Source: Salisapilia sapeloensis CBS 127946 (taxonomy: Eukaryota > Protista > Oomycota). From it: a DNA stretch of 64,000 nt. Both the position numbers and the translations under genes were made by a program. Shown piece by piece: positions 11,237 to 23,852 of the stretch (position 1 is the first letter of the stretch; every line of letters begins with the position of its first letter). The notes under the pieces were generated by a model that searched no databases, was not told where the DNA came from, and saw only the letters and a program-made list of their open reading frames with translations. The stretch is taken from NCBI GenBank assembly GCA_023334545.1, contig JAADVB010000072.1, positions 8,513-72,512 on the forward strand. The letters are read 5' to 3'.

Positions 11237-12397
11237 ATGGCTGTACCGACGAAAGCAGCCAAGGCCGTGGCATCGGCCGCCCCGTTCAAGGCTTTCCGGC
11301 ACGCGAATATCGTGTCCACATTGGCGTCTGACACCAAATACATTGGCACCCACAGTGGATCCTTCCACTGCGACGAAGCGTTGGCGGTCTCGCTTTTGAA
11401 GCTACTGCCGCAATTCGAAACGCACGACATTGTCCGATCGAGAGATCCAGCCATCCTCCAGCAATGTGACATTGTAGTCGACGTCGGTGGCGAGTACTCT
11501 CCTGAAAACTTGCGCTTCGACCACCACCAGAAGACCTTTGAGTCGACATTCGATGACGCGCACAAGACCAAACTCTCCAGTGCCGGTCTCGTCTACAAGT
11601 ATGTATCTCCTTCCTATCCTTTGCCTCTTGTATAGACAGTAGCATATCGATTTATTGGTGAAAATGTATTGACTGTATCGTACGATAGACACTTTGGTCG
11701 TGAAATCATCCAAGTGTTGGCTGAAAAGCAGTTGGACGAAGCTACGCTAGACACGCTGCACCGTAAAGCTTACGACACGTTCATCGAGCATGTCGATGGC
11801 ATCGACAATGGCATCGAAGCAGCCGACGGACAGAAAAATTACCAGGTTACCACGACGCTGAGTGCTCGTGTGGGTTTCTTGAACCCTGGATGGAACGAAG
11901 ACCAGTCGTCTGCGACATACAATGCTTGTTTCAACCAGGCCATGTACCTCACTCTGACCGAGTTCACCGACTGCATCCATGACCTCGTCCACTCGTGGCT
12001 GCCAGCACGCAGCATCGTCGAAAAGGCCGTGCAAGACCGTTTCCGTACGCACGAGAGTGGAGAGATCATGTACTTGCCGCAGTTCTGCCCGTGGAAGTCT
12101 CACCTGCATGACGTCGAGGAGTCTCTCTTGATCCCTGGACAGATCAAGTTCGTTCTGTACAATGATAACTCGGGTGACTCGGTGCGTGTCCAGGGCGTGA
12201 ACACTGAACCAGGCAGCTTTGCGCTCCGTCGAGCTCTCCACCCGGAATGGCGTGGACTGCGCGATGAAGAGGTGTCGCAGAAGGCTGGCATTGAAGGATG
12301 CATCTTTGTCCACAACGCTGGATTCATCGGTGGTAACAAGACGTACGAAGGTGCGTTGAAGATGGCGTCGAAGAGTTTGGAAGAAGCGGACAAGTAG
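11237..12397 (+). CDS. MYG1: MYG1 (UPF0160) 3'-5' RNA exonuclease, 2 exons (intron 11599-11688)
   Basis: IGTHSGSFHCDEALA, DIVVDVGG, FDHHQ, KLSSAGLVYK|HFG, DGIDNG, WRGLRDEE, CIFVHNAGFIGG. Confidence 0.93.
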
Positions 12398-13040
12398 TGC
12401 ATCGATAGGAAGCTGGTGTAGGACCATGTCATTCGATTTAATTTGAAGAGAAATTGAATGCCTTTACATGAGTTACTGGTACTATTGCAGGTGAACTCGT
12501 CCGTCTGCTCTTGATGTGAGGTGTATGGACGTAGATGTGCGTATTATAGAATAGAATGTCTGCCTCTTGCTATCGAGATGTAGATACTGCCTTGACGAAA
12601 AGATAAAGCATGGTGGTCTGGAAGTGAATCGTCACGTCGATTCACATTCAAATACATGTCTTGTATTCCATGTGTCTGCTAGGCGTCGACTACAGCTGGA
12701 GATAGCGATAGTGAATACCACTTATCCCAGTGTCTCGGTCCAGCTCAAGCCTCGAAGCGGGTGAACTCTCCTACCTACCAGTATTGTACACGCAAATGTA
12801 CTCATGTTGACCTAACAGTGTCGGATGCTAACCATTTGAGTACGACTGGTGCATCTAAAGAAGCTCCTCAAGACATCACAGTTTATCGCATGATCATGAG
12901 ATAGTGTCCAAACGACGATATTCCGTATATTTAATGTACAGAGGCTAGAGGACCTTGTGTGGTGCAAAGAAATTATTGAAAGATGAACGGATGTAGTATT
13001 CTAAGTGCTCGTATTCCCAGACACATCTAGTAAGTCGCTT

Positions 13041-15422
13041 CTACCACAGCGCTTTCAAGTCTGCAAACGCTTGGAAGAGATCCTTGCCAAATTGATGGCT
13101 GTCAGTCGCATCACAACTCTTGCTGCTCGAAATGTGGAAGAAGATCTGGTCTTCTCCAGCGATCATGTAGCTGACACCGTACCCATCCTTGGCAACAGGA
13201 CCGAATCCACCTCCTGGTGAGTGCCCATCGCTTAACGTATATTTGGTTCCCTCCATGAGCTTCGCTACGGCTTTCCAGTTGTCTGTCTGCTGCTGTGGCT
13301 GTTGACTAGTGGACAGACGCCACGGCCTGGACAGGGCGTTCCCGAGAAACTCCGATTCCGTCCCAAAGCCCACTGATGTGCAGTACAACGTAAAGAGGTG
13401 GCGGTCGACCCCGAGTCCGCTCATGGCATTCCGGTAAGAATCTTGGTGACGGTCGCAGGCACTTCGAAGAAGCGTCAGTCGCTCTTCCTTGGTCTTGGAA
13501 GAGTCGTCCATGCCTTCCACAAAGGCTTTGGAAGCGTCCGTGACTGGACGCACCGTTTCTGTCCGACCATCTCGATATAAGCGCGTCATGCTGGACTCGT
13601 ACGTCTGCGTGATGGTGCCTGCGTTTCGATAGTACGCTAGCTGGAGCGCCATTTGGATGAAGCCATCGGGAGACACGCCAAACTTTTTGATCAAGCCCTT
13701 GCCGTAGGCTGTATGGGCAACGACTGCCAGGTCGAACTCTTCAATGGCACCTTGAGCTTCAACCATAGCTTTGCTGATGGCTGTTTCCAGTCCAGGCGTC
13801 ATCTTCCACGGCAAAGCTTTGCAGTGCTTGAGCGTCGACTTGGCATCTTCGTCACTCGTGCACTTGACTCGTCCTTGGTCGTCAAACGGTTGATTCGAGT
13901 AGTTCTTCGTTCGGTTGTGCTCCCACATGTGCGCGATGACAGGAGCGTCAGCCCACGAGTGCTCTGCGTTCAATCCCACTAGTCCATTCTTAAACGCCAC
14001 GAGCGTGAAACTCTTGTCAAACCATCGATCCGCTCCACTTCCATGGATTAAACTCCGACCCATCTCTTCCCATGTCGTCGGTTCTTCGTCTTGTAGCACG
14101 ACGACGAAGATCGCCTTTTCAATCAGGTCGAGCGAGTTCTTGTTAATGCCTTCGCTAAAGTACTTTTCTCTTGTCTCGGCCCACTCGATCCGACCCGTGG
14201 CTGTCAACGCAGCGATTCGACCTTCTGCCTCATTTGCAGGCTCCTGGAGCTCGTCGGCAGTAGCTCTGATCCAGTCCAATTGACGCTGCATCTCGTATCT
14301 CGAGAGCAATCGCCCACGCTGACCCTTTTGGAACAGCGGCATCTTGAAGAAACGACCTCGGCAGAGCACTGCAATATGCTTGCAATTGGAGTCACCAACC
14401 TGAAGGACGTCTTCTTCTCTTCCCGGGATGCGAGTGCAAGCGAAGATGCGCTGGTACTGGTTCATACACAATGGCACAATTCCTCTGATGAGCAACGGAG
14501 TCAGCTCTTCTCGATCCAGAGCTTGCTTAAATAGCATTAGCTCGTAGATAGTGGACGCAGCGGATGCGACTTGGTCTCTCGTCCGCTCCAATTGCATCTC
14601 TAAGTTGGATTCCGGAAGCGCGTAGTAGTTGCTGTTGATCATTAGCGACCCACGACCACGCAAGTAGACGTATTTTTCCCACCAGTCCGTCACGTAGTTG
14701 GTGCTCCACCAGCTCTTTAGGTGCAAGTAGAACTGGAACTTGCGTCCATCGTTCTTAACAAAGTTTTGTGCCATCTTGGACACCTTTTTGTACTCTTCCT
14801 CTGACACGAGTGGGTGGATGCTCTCCAGATATCGGTCGATGGTGTCTTGGAGAGGAGGAACGTGTTGGCGTGGCAAGGCTTCCTGGAACGAGTACGTAAG
14901 AGGCTCTCTTCCGCCCAGGATCTTTAGCAGAGCTCCCCACGCAAGCACCGTCTTGCTCTTCTCCTTCGGATTGAGATAGAGCCAGCCTCGGTAGCTGAGC
15001 AAGCCACGGAGAATGAGGCGCTGGCACCACATGAGCACAACGAGTCCGATGAATCCAGCCCATGCAGCCAAGTAGCCGATATAGAGTGGGTGAGGTATAC
15101 GGTCATGGAAGGGAATGAGGACATTACCGACTTGCCACACCAGCTCCGAGATAGGTCCACTCCGCCACCACGAGTCCGACGGTGACATTAACACGATAGT
15201 GATAACGCCGGCAACAATTGCAATAGCAGCAAGAGGTGGTGCTGGATACACCCGGTGGCGAACGGCTCGACTAATGTGATAGTATCGACGAACGATCGCT
15301 TGGCGCAGTCGCCACGGCGGTGGGATCGTGAAGGCGATGTGGATGCCATCGTCGGAATACAGCAGCTCCACATTACGCTTGTGTTCTAGGAAGACGCCAG
15401 TGGCTTGATGGGCTTCTGCCAT
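13041..15422 (-). CDS. CPT1: Carnitine O-palmitoyltransferase 1 (CPT1-type, two N-terminal TM helices), intronless
   Basis: N-terminus MAEAHQA. Acyltransferase motifs LPRQHVPPL.DT..RYLES, NYVTDWWEKYVYLRGR, RWFDKS, NAEHSWADAP (catalytic His), SPDGFIQMALQLAYY, YESSMTRLYRDGRTETVR, LSTSQ, GGGFGPVAKDGYGVSY. Confidence 0.96.
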   Translation of the reverse strand: MAEAHQATGVFLEHKRNVELLYSDDGIHIAFTIPPPWRLRQAIVRRYYHISRAVRHRVYPAPPLAAIAIVAGVITIVLMSPSDSWWRSGPISELVWQVGNVLIPFHDRIPHPLYIGYLAAWAGFIGLVVLMWCQRLILRGLLSYRGWLYLNPKEKSKTVLAWGALLKILGGREPLTYSFQEALPRQHVPPLQDTIDRYLESIHPLVSEEEYKKVSKMAQNFVKNDGRKFQFYLHLKSWWSTNYVTDWWEKYVYLRGRGSLMINSNYYALPESNLEMQLERTRDQVASAASTIYELMLFKQALDREELTPLLIRGIVPLCMNQYQRIFACTRIPGREEDVLQVGDSNCKHIAVLCRGRFFKMPLFQKGQRGRLLSRYEMQRQLDWIRATADELQEPANEAEGRIAALTATGRIEWAETREKYFSEGINKNSLDLIEKAIFVVVLQDEEPTTWEEMGRSLIHGSGADRWFDKSFTLVAFKNGLVGLNAEHSWADAPVIAHMWEHNRTKNYSNQPFDDQGRVKCTSDEDAKSTLKHCKALPWKMTPGLETAISKAMVEAQGAIEEFDLAVVAHTAYGKGLIKKFGVSPDGFIQMALQLAYYRNAGTITQTYESSMTRLYRDGRTETVRPVTDASKAFVEGMDDSSKTKEERLTLLRSACDRHQDSYRNAMSGLGVDRHLFTLYCTSVGFGTESEFLGNALSRPWRLSTSQQPQQQTDNWKAVAKLMEGTKYTLSDGHSPGGGFGPVAKDGYGVSYMIAGEDQIFFHISSSKSCDATDSHQFGKDLFQAFADLKALW

Positions 15423-15482
15423 GTCTAGTTCGCTGTCTTTGCGGTCGAATCGAGGTGCGCTTGAGGTGTAGGCGGTGAAAGG

Positions 15483-15497
15483 CTAAATGCGGAATAA
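15483..15497 (-). promoter_or_regulatory. INR/FPR-like core promoter of CPT1
   Basis: Minus strand TTATTCCGCATTTAG about 60 bp upstream of the ATG resembles the oomycete TCATTYYNCAWTTT element (one mismatch in the INR). Confidence 0.35.
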
Positions 15498-15499
15498 CG

Positions 15500-16432
15500 A
15501 CGTGGAGAAACGTCGTGGAGCTTTTGAAGATCTTTGAAGAGGATTTTGCCAGAATAGGAAGTGAATTTAGAAGGATGAAGAAAAAATGGACATTCTAGGT
15601 AGAGAAAAGCATCTACTTTTGTCCAGAGTAGTGAAATAAGTACCACGTTTGACAAGATGTCCTCGTTTTGGCAAAATCCTTATGTCGGTTCACCTGGGAA
15701 AATGAAGACATAGACAGGAACATTGAAGTTATCGAGTCCCAACGATGACGTGACTAGCGTCCTCTTTAGTATATCTTCAAAAGACCGCAGGAAGGCATTT
15801 TGTGATGTCATATAGCCATTTCTATATTGGATGAATGGGCGATATATATTTGAGCTGAATGTTTCTATGCGGGTGTTCACGACAAATTTGATGGGAGACA
15901 AACCGTGCTCTGTCTGAAACGGGGTCTGGACGCATACAGCAAATGGTCTGCTTGTAGCTTTCCATCAACTGTAAAGTGAAAAATTGGGCTAGTCGAAAAG
16001 ACCATCTTTAGAGTAGAGTGGATTTCACTTTTGTATTTAAAGAAGATATTTGAAGATCGAGTGCATCGATAGCCGATGATAATAGGAGCATTGACGTTTG
16101 GTCGTAGCGAACTAAATTTGTTGATCTGTATGTGGAAGAAGGAAAAACGGCGCTTTAAAGCTTTTAAATAGCCATTTGAGTCTATCGATAAAAGGATGTT
16201 GCGTGGTATAAAATATGCATTTGGTGGCAAAGGGTCAATGCATCCCTTCGGCCTTTAAAATATTATTTAAACCGATGCCCCATCCACACTCGGGTGAATA
16301 CAAGTACCAAGTGTGGTACATCGGTGTTCGACAAGAATTTGAGGAAACTACGCGCCCATTAAAGTCGCTGTTCTGGGTATGCACACGCACGAATCCACTA
16401 GCGTAACTATGCATCCGGTTTAATTCGTACAT
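15500..16432 (-). other. Probable spliced or decaying AT-rich gene of unknown product
   Basis: ORFs 16432-16235 and 16230-15877 are joined in frame by a 55-bp GT-AG intron (16307-16253), the typical size in this window. Downstream ORF fragments continue toward 15500 but the 3' exon structure is unresolved. Confidence 0.35.
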
Positions 16433-16697
16433 TTAATTAACAGCACTCAAAGTAACTAATTGACGTCCGTTTCTAGTATCTAGCGGCTAAGCAATCGTGT
16501 GTAAGGTGAAAGGCCATCGATAGTGCAGTCGGATCGCGCATCCGGTTGGTCTCAATGTGGAGATCTTGAAGAGCTCTGATCGCTTTTCCATCTACTTCAA
16601 CTTAGGCTTATCATCAAAGCTATTGGCTGAAAATTGTATCATACTAAATTCAAGTACAAACTTTGCCAGACAAGGAATTGTGACAACCAAGCAAAAG

Positions 16698-18192
16698 ATG
16701 GCGTCGGAGACCATGAACGATGAAGTGTTCGCGAATTTCCGAGTGCAATTTCCTACCCAAGTGAATGACGAGCTGCATGAAGCATATGGCGAGGACCACT
16801 GGACTCGTATTCAACGTGCATTAGCCACACCGTACGCAGACGGTCATGAAAGCCTTCTATTGACCACTACTGACAATGATACATAGACCAACAGCCACTT
16901 CAGTTCGAGTCAACCAACTGTACTGCGATACGAAGACTGCATTAAGTCATTTAGAGCAAGCACTTAAGCCTTTTAACGATTATCTCCAATCCTCGCAACG
17001 AGATACGATCCACCCCTACGTCCACCCTGTCCTCTCGGATGTCATTATCATTCCTTCGGCACACCAAACGACGGCAGAGCCCATTGCGTACAACCCTCGA
17101 CAGCGTAGTATTGTTGTAGATAGACTATGTGGAGAAGCAGTGCTACGAGGTAGTGACATCTACTGCCGAGGCATCATGAGTGCGAGTACAGGTCTGCAGT
17201 ATCATGATCGCGTCAACATCTACGTCGACTTGGACCACTGTACGACTCGAGGGTCCAATATGGAAGGACATTCCGGTCGAAAGCTCTTAATTGCGCATGG
17301 AACGATGCAAATGGGACGCTCTGAAATGTTCCACTTGACGCAAGGACTAGCGGTTGACCAGATCGTTCGTGTTTGTGCAGATGCCCCGCCACTCAACGGT
17401 CTCGTTCCGACGAAACTCATGTACGTCCAGAACCTGCCTAGCACTGTTGCTGCCCACGTGCTGGATCCACAGCCTGGTGAGACGATCATCGACATGTGCT
17501 CTGCGCCTGGAGGCAAGACGACGCATTTGGCCAATCTCATGGGCAACAAGGGCACGGTCATTGCGTGTGACCAGTCCAAGAAGAAAGTCATAGCACTGAA
17601 GCAGTTGGTAGAAGAAATGCAGGTAGACCAGTGTATCATTCCTTTACGTCTCGACTCGATGCATTCTGTTCTGCCGAAGGGGGCACCTAGTCAGTCGGTG
17701 GCAGAAGTGATTGCATCAGCTCGAGAACAGTTTGCCTTGAACCCTCCGAAGCACGGGTTGCTACCTGTAAAAGGTTTCTCTCCAGAGACTTTTGATCGCA
17801 TTTTATTGGACCCACCATGCTCTGCCCTTGGTTTACGTCCTCGGTTGTTGCATAAAGAGAGCGTGCAGGAACTTGGCAAGTACCCAAGTATGCAGCGCAC
17901 ATTCCTCTGGTGTGCTGTGTATCTGCTAAAACCAGGTGGAACACTGGTCTATTCGACCTGTACGATCCACCCGAACGAGAATGAACGTATGGTCAAGTAC
18001 GCTCTGGACAATTATCCGTTGGAGCTAGAGCAGCAGAGTGTACGCATCGGAAGTACTGGCTTGACGAATCAAGGCTTGTCGGAAGAAGAGGCGAGCAAAG
18101 TCCAGCGATTCGACCCAAGTGATGAGTCGGTCGATAGCATCGGCTTCTTCTGTGCTCGGTTCCGTAAAACCAAGTCGGTGCGAGAGCTGTAG
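16698..18192 (+). CDS. NSUN6: NSUN6-like RNA m5C methyltransferase (PUA + RsmB/NOP2), 2 exons (intron 16832-16886)
   Basis: CGEAVLRGSDIYCRGI (PUA region), QNLPS...LDPQPGETIIDMCSAPGGKTTH, FDRILLDPPCSALG, LVYSTCTI (both catalytic Cys), GFFCARF. Confidence 0.88.
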
Positions 18193-18346
18193 ATGCTTGT
18201 AGGAAGGATGTAGGTTGTAGATCACTTTTGTCCCTTGAACGATAGACATGGAATGAAGGTATTTTTGTGAAATCTTGACATCTTAAAGGGGCAGAATCGT
18301 GGATAGATACATCAAGCGGTTCGTAGGATTCGCGTCTGTAGTCAGC

Positions 18347-19389
18347 ATGTCGTGTGGATTGACGCCAAAGCTAGCGGAGATATTGCAGGAAGCTAGTCAG
18401 TATAAAAATGTCGAATCGTCAAAGGCAGAGGAAGAGGCATTGGATGCTCGAGAACGAGTAGCTCGAGCGCTCAAGAAGAATGCTGCGTTGGAACAGGATG
18501 GTGACGAGAATTACGACTGGACTAAAGTGTATTCCAAGTGGGACGAATGGCAAGATCCAGAAGAGCTCATGGCAGAGGAAAAGAGGGCGAGGGAGAAAGC
18601 GGAACGATCGAAAGCGTCCAACGTCATGTGTGATCATGACCATTCCGCCGTACGAATATCTTGTTTAGATCTCTTGGAACAAACCTTTCATAGCTCTTTG
18701 TGTAGGAGCAAAAGCTGATGGATATGTCTGCAGCGGATAAACTAGCCAAGTGTGAAGAGTTTCGCCTACTCGGCTCTGCTTTCGTAAAGCAAGGACAGAT
18801 GCGTCTTGCCTATTCGTACTATCAAAAAGCTCTTGTCTACTTCGAGTATATCTTTCCCGATGCTGACGATGAAGAGCGGCAACTACTGACTTGTCAATGC
18901 CAAGTGCTGCTTAATATAGCATTGATCGTCATTAGACAGAAGCAAGGTAGCTACGATATGCTTATTCAGTACTGCACCCAAGTTCTGGATACTCTCGAGC
19001 AAGACGCAAATGGAAGCTGCTTGCTATCTAGTGACCAGTCGACAGAACTCAAGAAGAAAGCAGTGTTTCGTCGAGCACAAGGATATCGTTTGCAGCATCA
19101 ATTCACAGAGGCAAAGGAAGATCTAGACGCATTGTGTGGTCTCATTGGAAATCGAGATCGAGCTGTGAATACTGAGCGACGAGAGCTCATGGCAGACAAA
19201 GCGCGTTACCATGACAAGAGCAAACAGATCTCGAAAGCCATGTTTCAACAGCCTTTTATCGCATCTACTAACACTCGAGTGGAATACACAGTCCCAACCA
19301 CGACGAACGAAAAAGAGAAAAGTGATTATCTACTTGCAGATGGAATACAAGAACTACAAAAATATATTAACAGCATTTCCCCCGAATAA
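18347..19389 (+). CDS. TPR-repeat protein (FKBP-type TPR-like), 2 exons (intron 18650-18705)
   Basis: Splice gives CDHDHSA|EQKLMDMS. TPR-like helices (FRLLGSAFVKQG...AYSYYQKAL; KAVFRRAQGYRL...AKEDL). Confidence 0.78.
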
Positions 19390-19523
19390 ATGTGCGTACA
19401 TGACAACGTTTGTTCTCGTCGTAATGGTCATCAACTCGTGCTTATATGTCATCACAAAGTGAAAAGCAAGTTGTCTTATCGGTAGGAAAGTAAAAGACAA
19501 ACAAAGGCAATCTACCCTTCTCT

Positions 19524-22500
19524 TTATTCCTCGCAGAAACGCTTGGCGTTCTGGAAGAGACGCATCCAAGGCGACGTCGCATGCTTCTCCCATCCGACAG
19601 GCATGTACGGCCACTGGAACTTGCGGAAGCAACGTTCCGGATGCGGCATCATGCACAAATGCCGTCCGTCGGCAGACACAAGTCCAGCAATACCGTTTGG
19701 AGAGCCATTCGGGTTGAAAGGATACTTCTCCGTCACATTGTTCGCGTCATCCACGTACCGAATCGGTGCCAAGTTGCTGTTCTCCATCGACTCTCGGATC
19801 TTGTCATGCGTAAAGTGCGCACGACCTTCCGCGTGGGCGACCCAAGCACCAAAGGAGCTTCCAGCCATACCACGCAGCATCACAGCGTTGCTTTCCTGGA
19901 TCTTGAGAGACACAAAGCGGGACTCGTAGCGACCAGATTGGTTGTCAATGAAGCGAGGCAAAGCTGAGGTGCCCGTCTCCATCTCCAACTGAGCAGCGTT
20001 CGGCAGACTCACCCACCCAAGCAGAGCCATCAACTGGCAACCGTTGCAGGCACCAAAGGAGAACGTGTCTTCCCGAGCACGGAAGGCAGCAAACTGCTTG
20101 AGGACGTCTCCGTGGTACTTGACGACACCGGCCCATCCCTTGGCAGAGCCCAGGACGTCAGCAAAGGAGAAACCGCCGACGAAAGCAACACCACGGAAGC
20201 GTTCATCCAGAGCCACGCGTTTGTGGACAAGATCGGACATGACAATGTCCCAGACTTCAAAGCCAGCTGCATGGAAAGCAGCGATCATCTCGCGTTCACC
20301 ATTGCTTCCTTCTTCACGAAGGACAGCCACCTTTTGTGTCTTAGGCGAGCGCTGGGGAGACGCAACGGGCTCGAAAGTGAGTTTCCAGTCAGGAGATGTA
20401 CGAGAGCGCAGGCCCTCCTTCTCCTGCTGCACGCACGCCAAGTTGCGCTGTTTCTTCTCCAATTCGAAACTAGTGGCTTCCCACACGTCACGCAGGGCAG
20501 CAACATCATCTTCTAGCACCTTGTCACCGTTGACACGAACAACGATGTTCCGGTCCTTTGCCACGGCGCCAATACGCTGCAGAGGTACCTGCTTAGCGCT
20601 GAAGATGTCTTCGATCTGAGCAGCCGAAGAGGCGTCGACTTGGAAGACGAAACCAAGTTCTTCCGCAAAGAGCGTGCTGGTGACGTCCTTGGCAGACGAA
20701 ATGTCCACGTCGATACCGCAGTTACCAGCAAAGGCCATCTCGAGGACAGTCGAGATGAGACCACCGTCACTACGGTCGTGACCAGCGAGGACGAGTCCCT
20801 TTTTAATACTCTCCTGGACGGCGTTGAATGCGTTCTTGAAGAGAGTGGCGTCCTCCATGTCAGGAGACTCGTCTCCGATCTGGTTGTGCACTTGCGCCAG
20901 AGCAGAGCCGCCGAGACGGTACTTGCCAACACCGAGGTCAACGTAGTAGAGGGCACTGTCAACGTGGGTCTTCAAGTCTGGCGTGACAGTCGCCTCAACG
21001 TCATCGCACGCAGCATACATGGTCACCACAAGAGTTCCTGGCGTCTTGACGTCCTTTCCGTTGACGGAAGCAGCCATGGATAACGAGTCTTTACCTCCAT
21101 CCACGGCGACACCGACCTCCTTCATAAAGTTCGACATGGCTTCGCAGCACTCGTACATGCGAGCAGCTTCACCCGGGAGCTTGGCGGCCCACATCCAGTT
21201 GGCACTGCACTTGGTGTCTAGCAGTCCTCTGCCACCAAGAGACGCCCATACGAGGTTCGTGAGCGACTCACCGACCGTCAAGCGAGCCATTGCCTGGGCG
21301 TTTAATAGACCCTTGACAGGCTGCTCGCCACAGGCACTTGCCAGTCCCGGGACCTTGCCGTCTTCGTTGGCAAAGTAGGTCTGGGCGACGACAGCACAGT
21401 CTGCAAGCGGCAGTTGCAGCGGACCGACGGTCTGCTGCTGGGCGATGAGGCCACTGACGCTTCGGTCCACCTTGGATGTGAGGAAGCGTTTGGAGCCGAC
21501 GGACACGAGACGCAGCACACGGTCGAGAGCGTCCTTTACGGACGTCTGCGGTAGTGCAAGAGGTTGGAGGGGAGGCTGGATGGTCGAATCCACGTACGTC
21601 TTCTGCGGCATTTTACCTAGCACCAGGTCCAAGTCCAGGTCGAACGGAGTCGAGTCATCGACTGAGTCGTGCAGGACGACACGTCCGTCACCAGTGACTT
21701 GACCTAGAAGAGCGTAGGGGCAGTTCTCGCGCTTGCAGATGCGGTCGAAGAGCTCTACATCCTTCGGGTCAAGCAGCAGCGCGTCATTCTCTTGGTACTC
21801 TGCACCCCAGATCTCCAGTACCGACAGCGTCTCGTCACCAACGAGGATGTCACGCACTTCGTACTTGGCACCTCCGTTCTTTCCTTCGACAATCTCCTTG
21901 AGCACGTTGCCATTACCTCCAGCACCTTGGTCATGGATCGAGATGATCGGGTTCTTATCGCCTAGGTCGATGCAAGCACGAATTACCTTGTTCATCTTGC
22001 TCTCCATCTCGGCGTCACCTCGCTGGACAGCGTTAAAGTCCAATTCAGCCGTCTTGGCATCACTGATACGACTCGATGCAGCTCCACCGCCCATACCGAT
22101 ACGATAAGCAGGCCCACCAACCTTGACGACCCACATGCTAACGTCAGGTTCTCCCTTGTCGCAGTGGCGAGCGTCGAGCTGGCCGAGTCCAGCAGAGAAC
22201 ATGATGGGCTTGATGTACTCTCGGCGTTCTCCGTCGCTTAGTGTCATACCAAAGGAGCGAGTGAAGCCCGTGACGACAGGCTCACCGAACTTGTTGCCAT
22301 AGTCCGATGCACCGTTGGATGCTTGCAACAGAATCTCCTGCGGATGAGCCAGATTGGATGGGTACGACAAGTTCTTGTCTTCCCACGGCAGCTCGTAGTT
22401 GTCCAAGTGCAAGTTACCGACGCTGTAGGCACTTACACCAGCAACGACGTGGGCACCGCGACCAGTCGCCTGGACATCTCGGATACGACCACCGGTGCCT

Positions 22501-23651
22501 GTTTCAGCTCCTGGGAACGGAGCCACCGCAGACGGGAAGTTGTGGGTTTCAGCCGTGAGCAGCAGATGCGCCTCCTGCTTTTGCTCTTCCGCAGGACCTG
22601 GAGCTCCTGGCGTCGACGGCACGAGGCGAGTGAGGTGGCTGCCACGAATGACGGACGAGTTGTCGTGGAAAGCGATGACACTGTTCTGCTTTGTCTCTGG
22701 CGTGAGGGTGTTGCGAACCATTTGGAAGAGCGTGTCTGGCTTTTCAACGCCATCCAAAACCATTTTACCACCAAAGAACCAGTGACGAGAGTGCTCTGAG
22801 TTACTCTGACCGAGGTCGAAGAGCTCCACGTCCGTCGGATCGCGCTTCAGGTTCTCACGGAAGAGCTGCGTGTAGTACGCAATGTCATGCTCATCGAAAC
22901 CGAGACCGATATCGTCGTTCAGTTCCTTAAGAGCCGCTTCTCCACGCTCCATGACAGCAATACGACGCACTGGCTGGGCAGTCTTGCCATGCCAGAATGA
23001 CGTCAAGGGAGCTGGGTACTCTTGCTGCGTCATGCGATCACACTCGATCGACAGCAGCGCTTCCTTCAGGCCAGCATTGTCCGCTGCCGAAGTGATGAGG
23101 TAGCGAGTAGCACGCTCAATACGCTTGACGTTCGTGAGACCACAGGCCTTGCAGATCGTCGCAGCGTTCGTGGACCAGGCAGTGGAAAAGTTCATACGAG
23201 GTCCGACCTCGACAAGCAGTCCATTTGATTTTTCCTATCGATGTTGCAATTCGTGAGCATCGAATGAGTGGGCAATCGTAGGAAAAGATGCGTTTGATAG
23301 ATGCAATGCATTTTACAAGCATGCAAGAGGTAATCGAGGTGAGTTGATTGCATAGTAGATGGGCATCCAAAGTATCAATTGATATGATTGCGTCATATAT
23401 CATACCTGCAAGAACGGATCGTTGGCACGCGTAAGTGGCTGCTCGAACGTCTCGCTAAGGAGCCAATGCAGCGTCGCTTGGTGGTCCGCGCTGAGCGGTT
23501 GACCGTCCACTGTTTCGACGTAGAAACAGCTCTCGGTCTCCAGCTGCTGCACCTTGACATTAGCTTTCCGCTCCAACTCGGCTTGGAGTTTCTCACTCGC
23601 ATGCGGTGCCAAAGCTGGTTGCCGATAGAAGCGTTGCAGCTGAGCCATCAT
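19524..23651 (-). CDS. PFAS: Phosphoribosylformylglycinamidine synthase (large PurL/Ade6), 2 exons (intron 23235-23405)
   Basis: VEVGPR, QSNSEHSRHWFF, TAETHNFP, GAETGTGGRIRD, HDQGAGG, GHDRSDGG, GGFSFADVLGS, GACNGCQ (glutaminase Cys), MMPHPER. Confidence 0.97.
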
Positions 23652-23852
23652 CAGATGAAGGTTGGAAGCTTGAGGGGAGTGGGAGGTAGAAGTCGGAAGT
23701 CCGAATGCGGTACTTTGGATGGCCACTGGAAATCTACGCTTTCACTGGTAGAAATACATTGATAGAAGGTATGTGATTGGATGATAAATTAGTGTACATT
23801 TGAAGTGGGTGAAGTGGCGGTAAGAAGCAACTAATATAGACACGTATCACGG

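Noticed and set aside
3046-18192. N6AMT1 + MYG1 + NSUN6 as a nucleic-acid modification or defence cluster
   Set aside because: All are conserved housekeeping genes separated by unrelated genes. Eukaryotic proximity alone is no evidence, and N6AMT1 is best established as an eRF1 glutamine methyltransferase.
23652-23726. N-terminal extension of PurL as a targeting peptide
   Set aside because: The sequence is poor in basic residues and homology begins at MMAQLQRFYR; it is more likely 5' UTR.
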